Assembly (NCBI RefSeq): GCF_000315625.1
Contig: NW_005434507.1
Location: 1 to 53,532, forward strand
Direction: 5' to 3'
Length of the DNA: 53,532 bases
Source: Guillardia theta CCMP2712
Lineage: Eukaryota; Protista; Cryptophyta
The notes below the pieces were generated by a model. The model was not told where the DNA came from and made no database searches. It saw only the letters and a list, made by a program, of their open reading frames with translations. Position numbers and translations under genes: made by a program. This document shows positions 52,947-53,532 of this stretch, in pieces (position 1 is the stretch's first letter; each line of letters begins with the position of its first letter).

Positions 52947-53532
52947 GAGGTGCGAGGAGGTATTGTGATGCTGCTCAGAATCCGGACGTAGCGGATTCTG
53001 CACTGGCTGGGCAGGCGCCCGACCTCCGAGACAGCAGCGTGTCGGACGGGCTAGACCTGATGCACCTTGCTGGCAACTTCTTGTCATCATGCCGACAAGT
53101 GACTTGGAGGACGACTTGCCCGCCGATTGGTGGTGGGCCCGAGTGAAGAACTTGGAAGCACTGGCAAAATAGTATGCGTGAGGCGGCCGATTGACGCTAG
53201 CCTCCAAATGTCTAGATCCTAGTTCATTTGACATCAATCCGAGATTTACATACGTTTAGATCCAAAATATCACAAACAAACATGGCTCCATGACTCTTTC
53301 ATGGGCGAAGTGGGTGGATGAGGCTCTTGCTGGTGTTCAACTTGGAATCAGTCAAGATCCCTGAATAGTCTTCATCAAGAGATGTGAACGACATTGATTT
53401 ACAATCATGACATGAAAGGTATTTGCGGCAGGCAGCATATGTAGATCTTACTGTTATTGGTAAGATGATGTTGAAGAGCCAGCACAACTATCCATGTCGA
53501 CCCCCCTACATAACATCCGATCAACACGCATG

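Larger units (their letters stand above)
36375..53532 (+). repeat. Head-to-tail macro-tandem array: units start at ~36375, 41078, 46119 and 51132 (periods 4703, 5041, 5013 bp); the fourth unit is cut by the window end
   Basis: Anchor GACGGAGAT(A/T)CGCAACGTCAA recurs at these positions and unit content is colinear, with two HTH genes per unit. Confidence 0.95.

Noticed and set aside
36375-53532. Endogenous virus, Polinton or autonomous transposon as the array unit
   Set aside because: No capsid, polymerase, integrase, RT, Rep/helicase or DDE ORF, and no terminal inverted repeats recognised

Overview
Eukaryotic, microsatellite-rich draft genomic DNA with several N gaps. Short GT-AG introns, a bipartite plastid-targeting A-F motif and the channel family present suggest a cryptophyte alga (Hanusia/Guillardia-like); this is inference. 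The centre (about 18.8-32 kb) holds ordinary intron-rich genes that I spliced by eye: an MFSD5/MOT2-type transporter (-), a PH-domain + single-repeat 6TM cation channel + EF-hand gene (+), and a plastid-targeted chalcone-isomerase-fold protein (-). Both flanks are dominated by one expanded family of intronless genes for a stand-alone CENP-B-N/psq-like helix-turn-helix protein. I count 15 copies in two subfamilies. Eight lie in a rearranged, partly pseudogenised cluster at 3.9-17.2 kb and seven in a head-to-tail array of about 5-kb units, each with an A and a B gene, from 36.4 kb to the window end. Copies differ in the putative recognition helix, and subfamily II copies share an upstream CACCGGTCC motif. 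Also present: a ~600-bp-arm inverted repeat, a dispersed element with a fixed end, AT-rich minisatellites and a possible Crypton-like remnant. All family assignments come from motif recognition by eye, not from searches.
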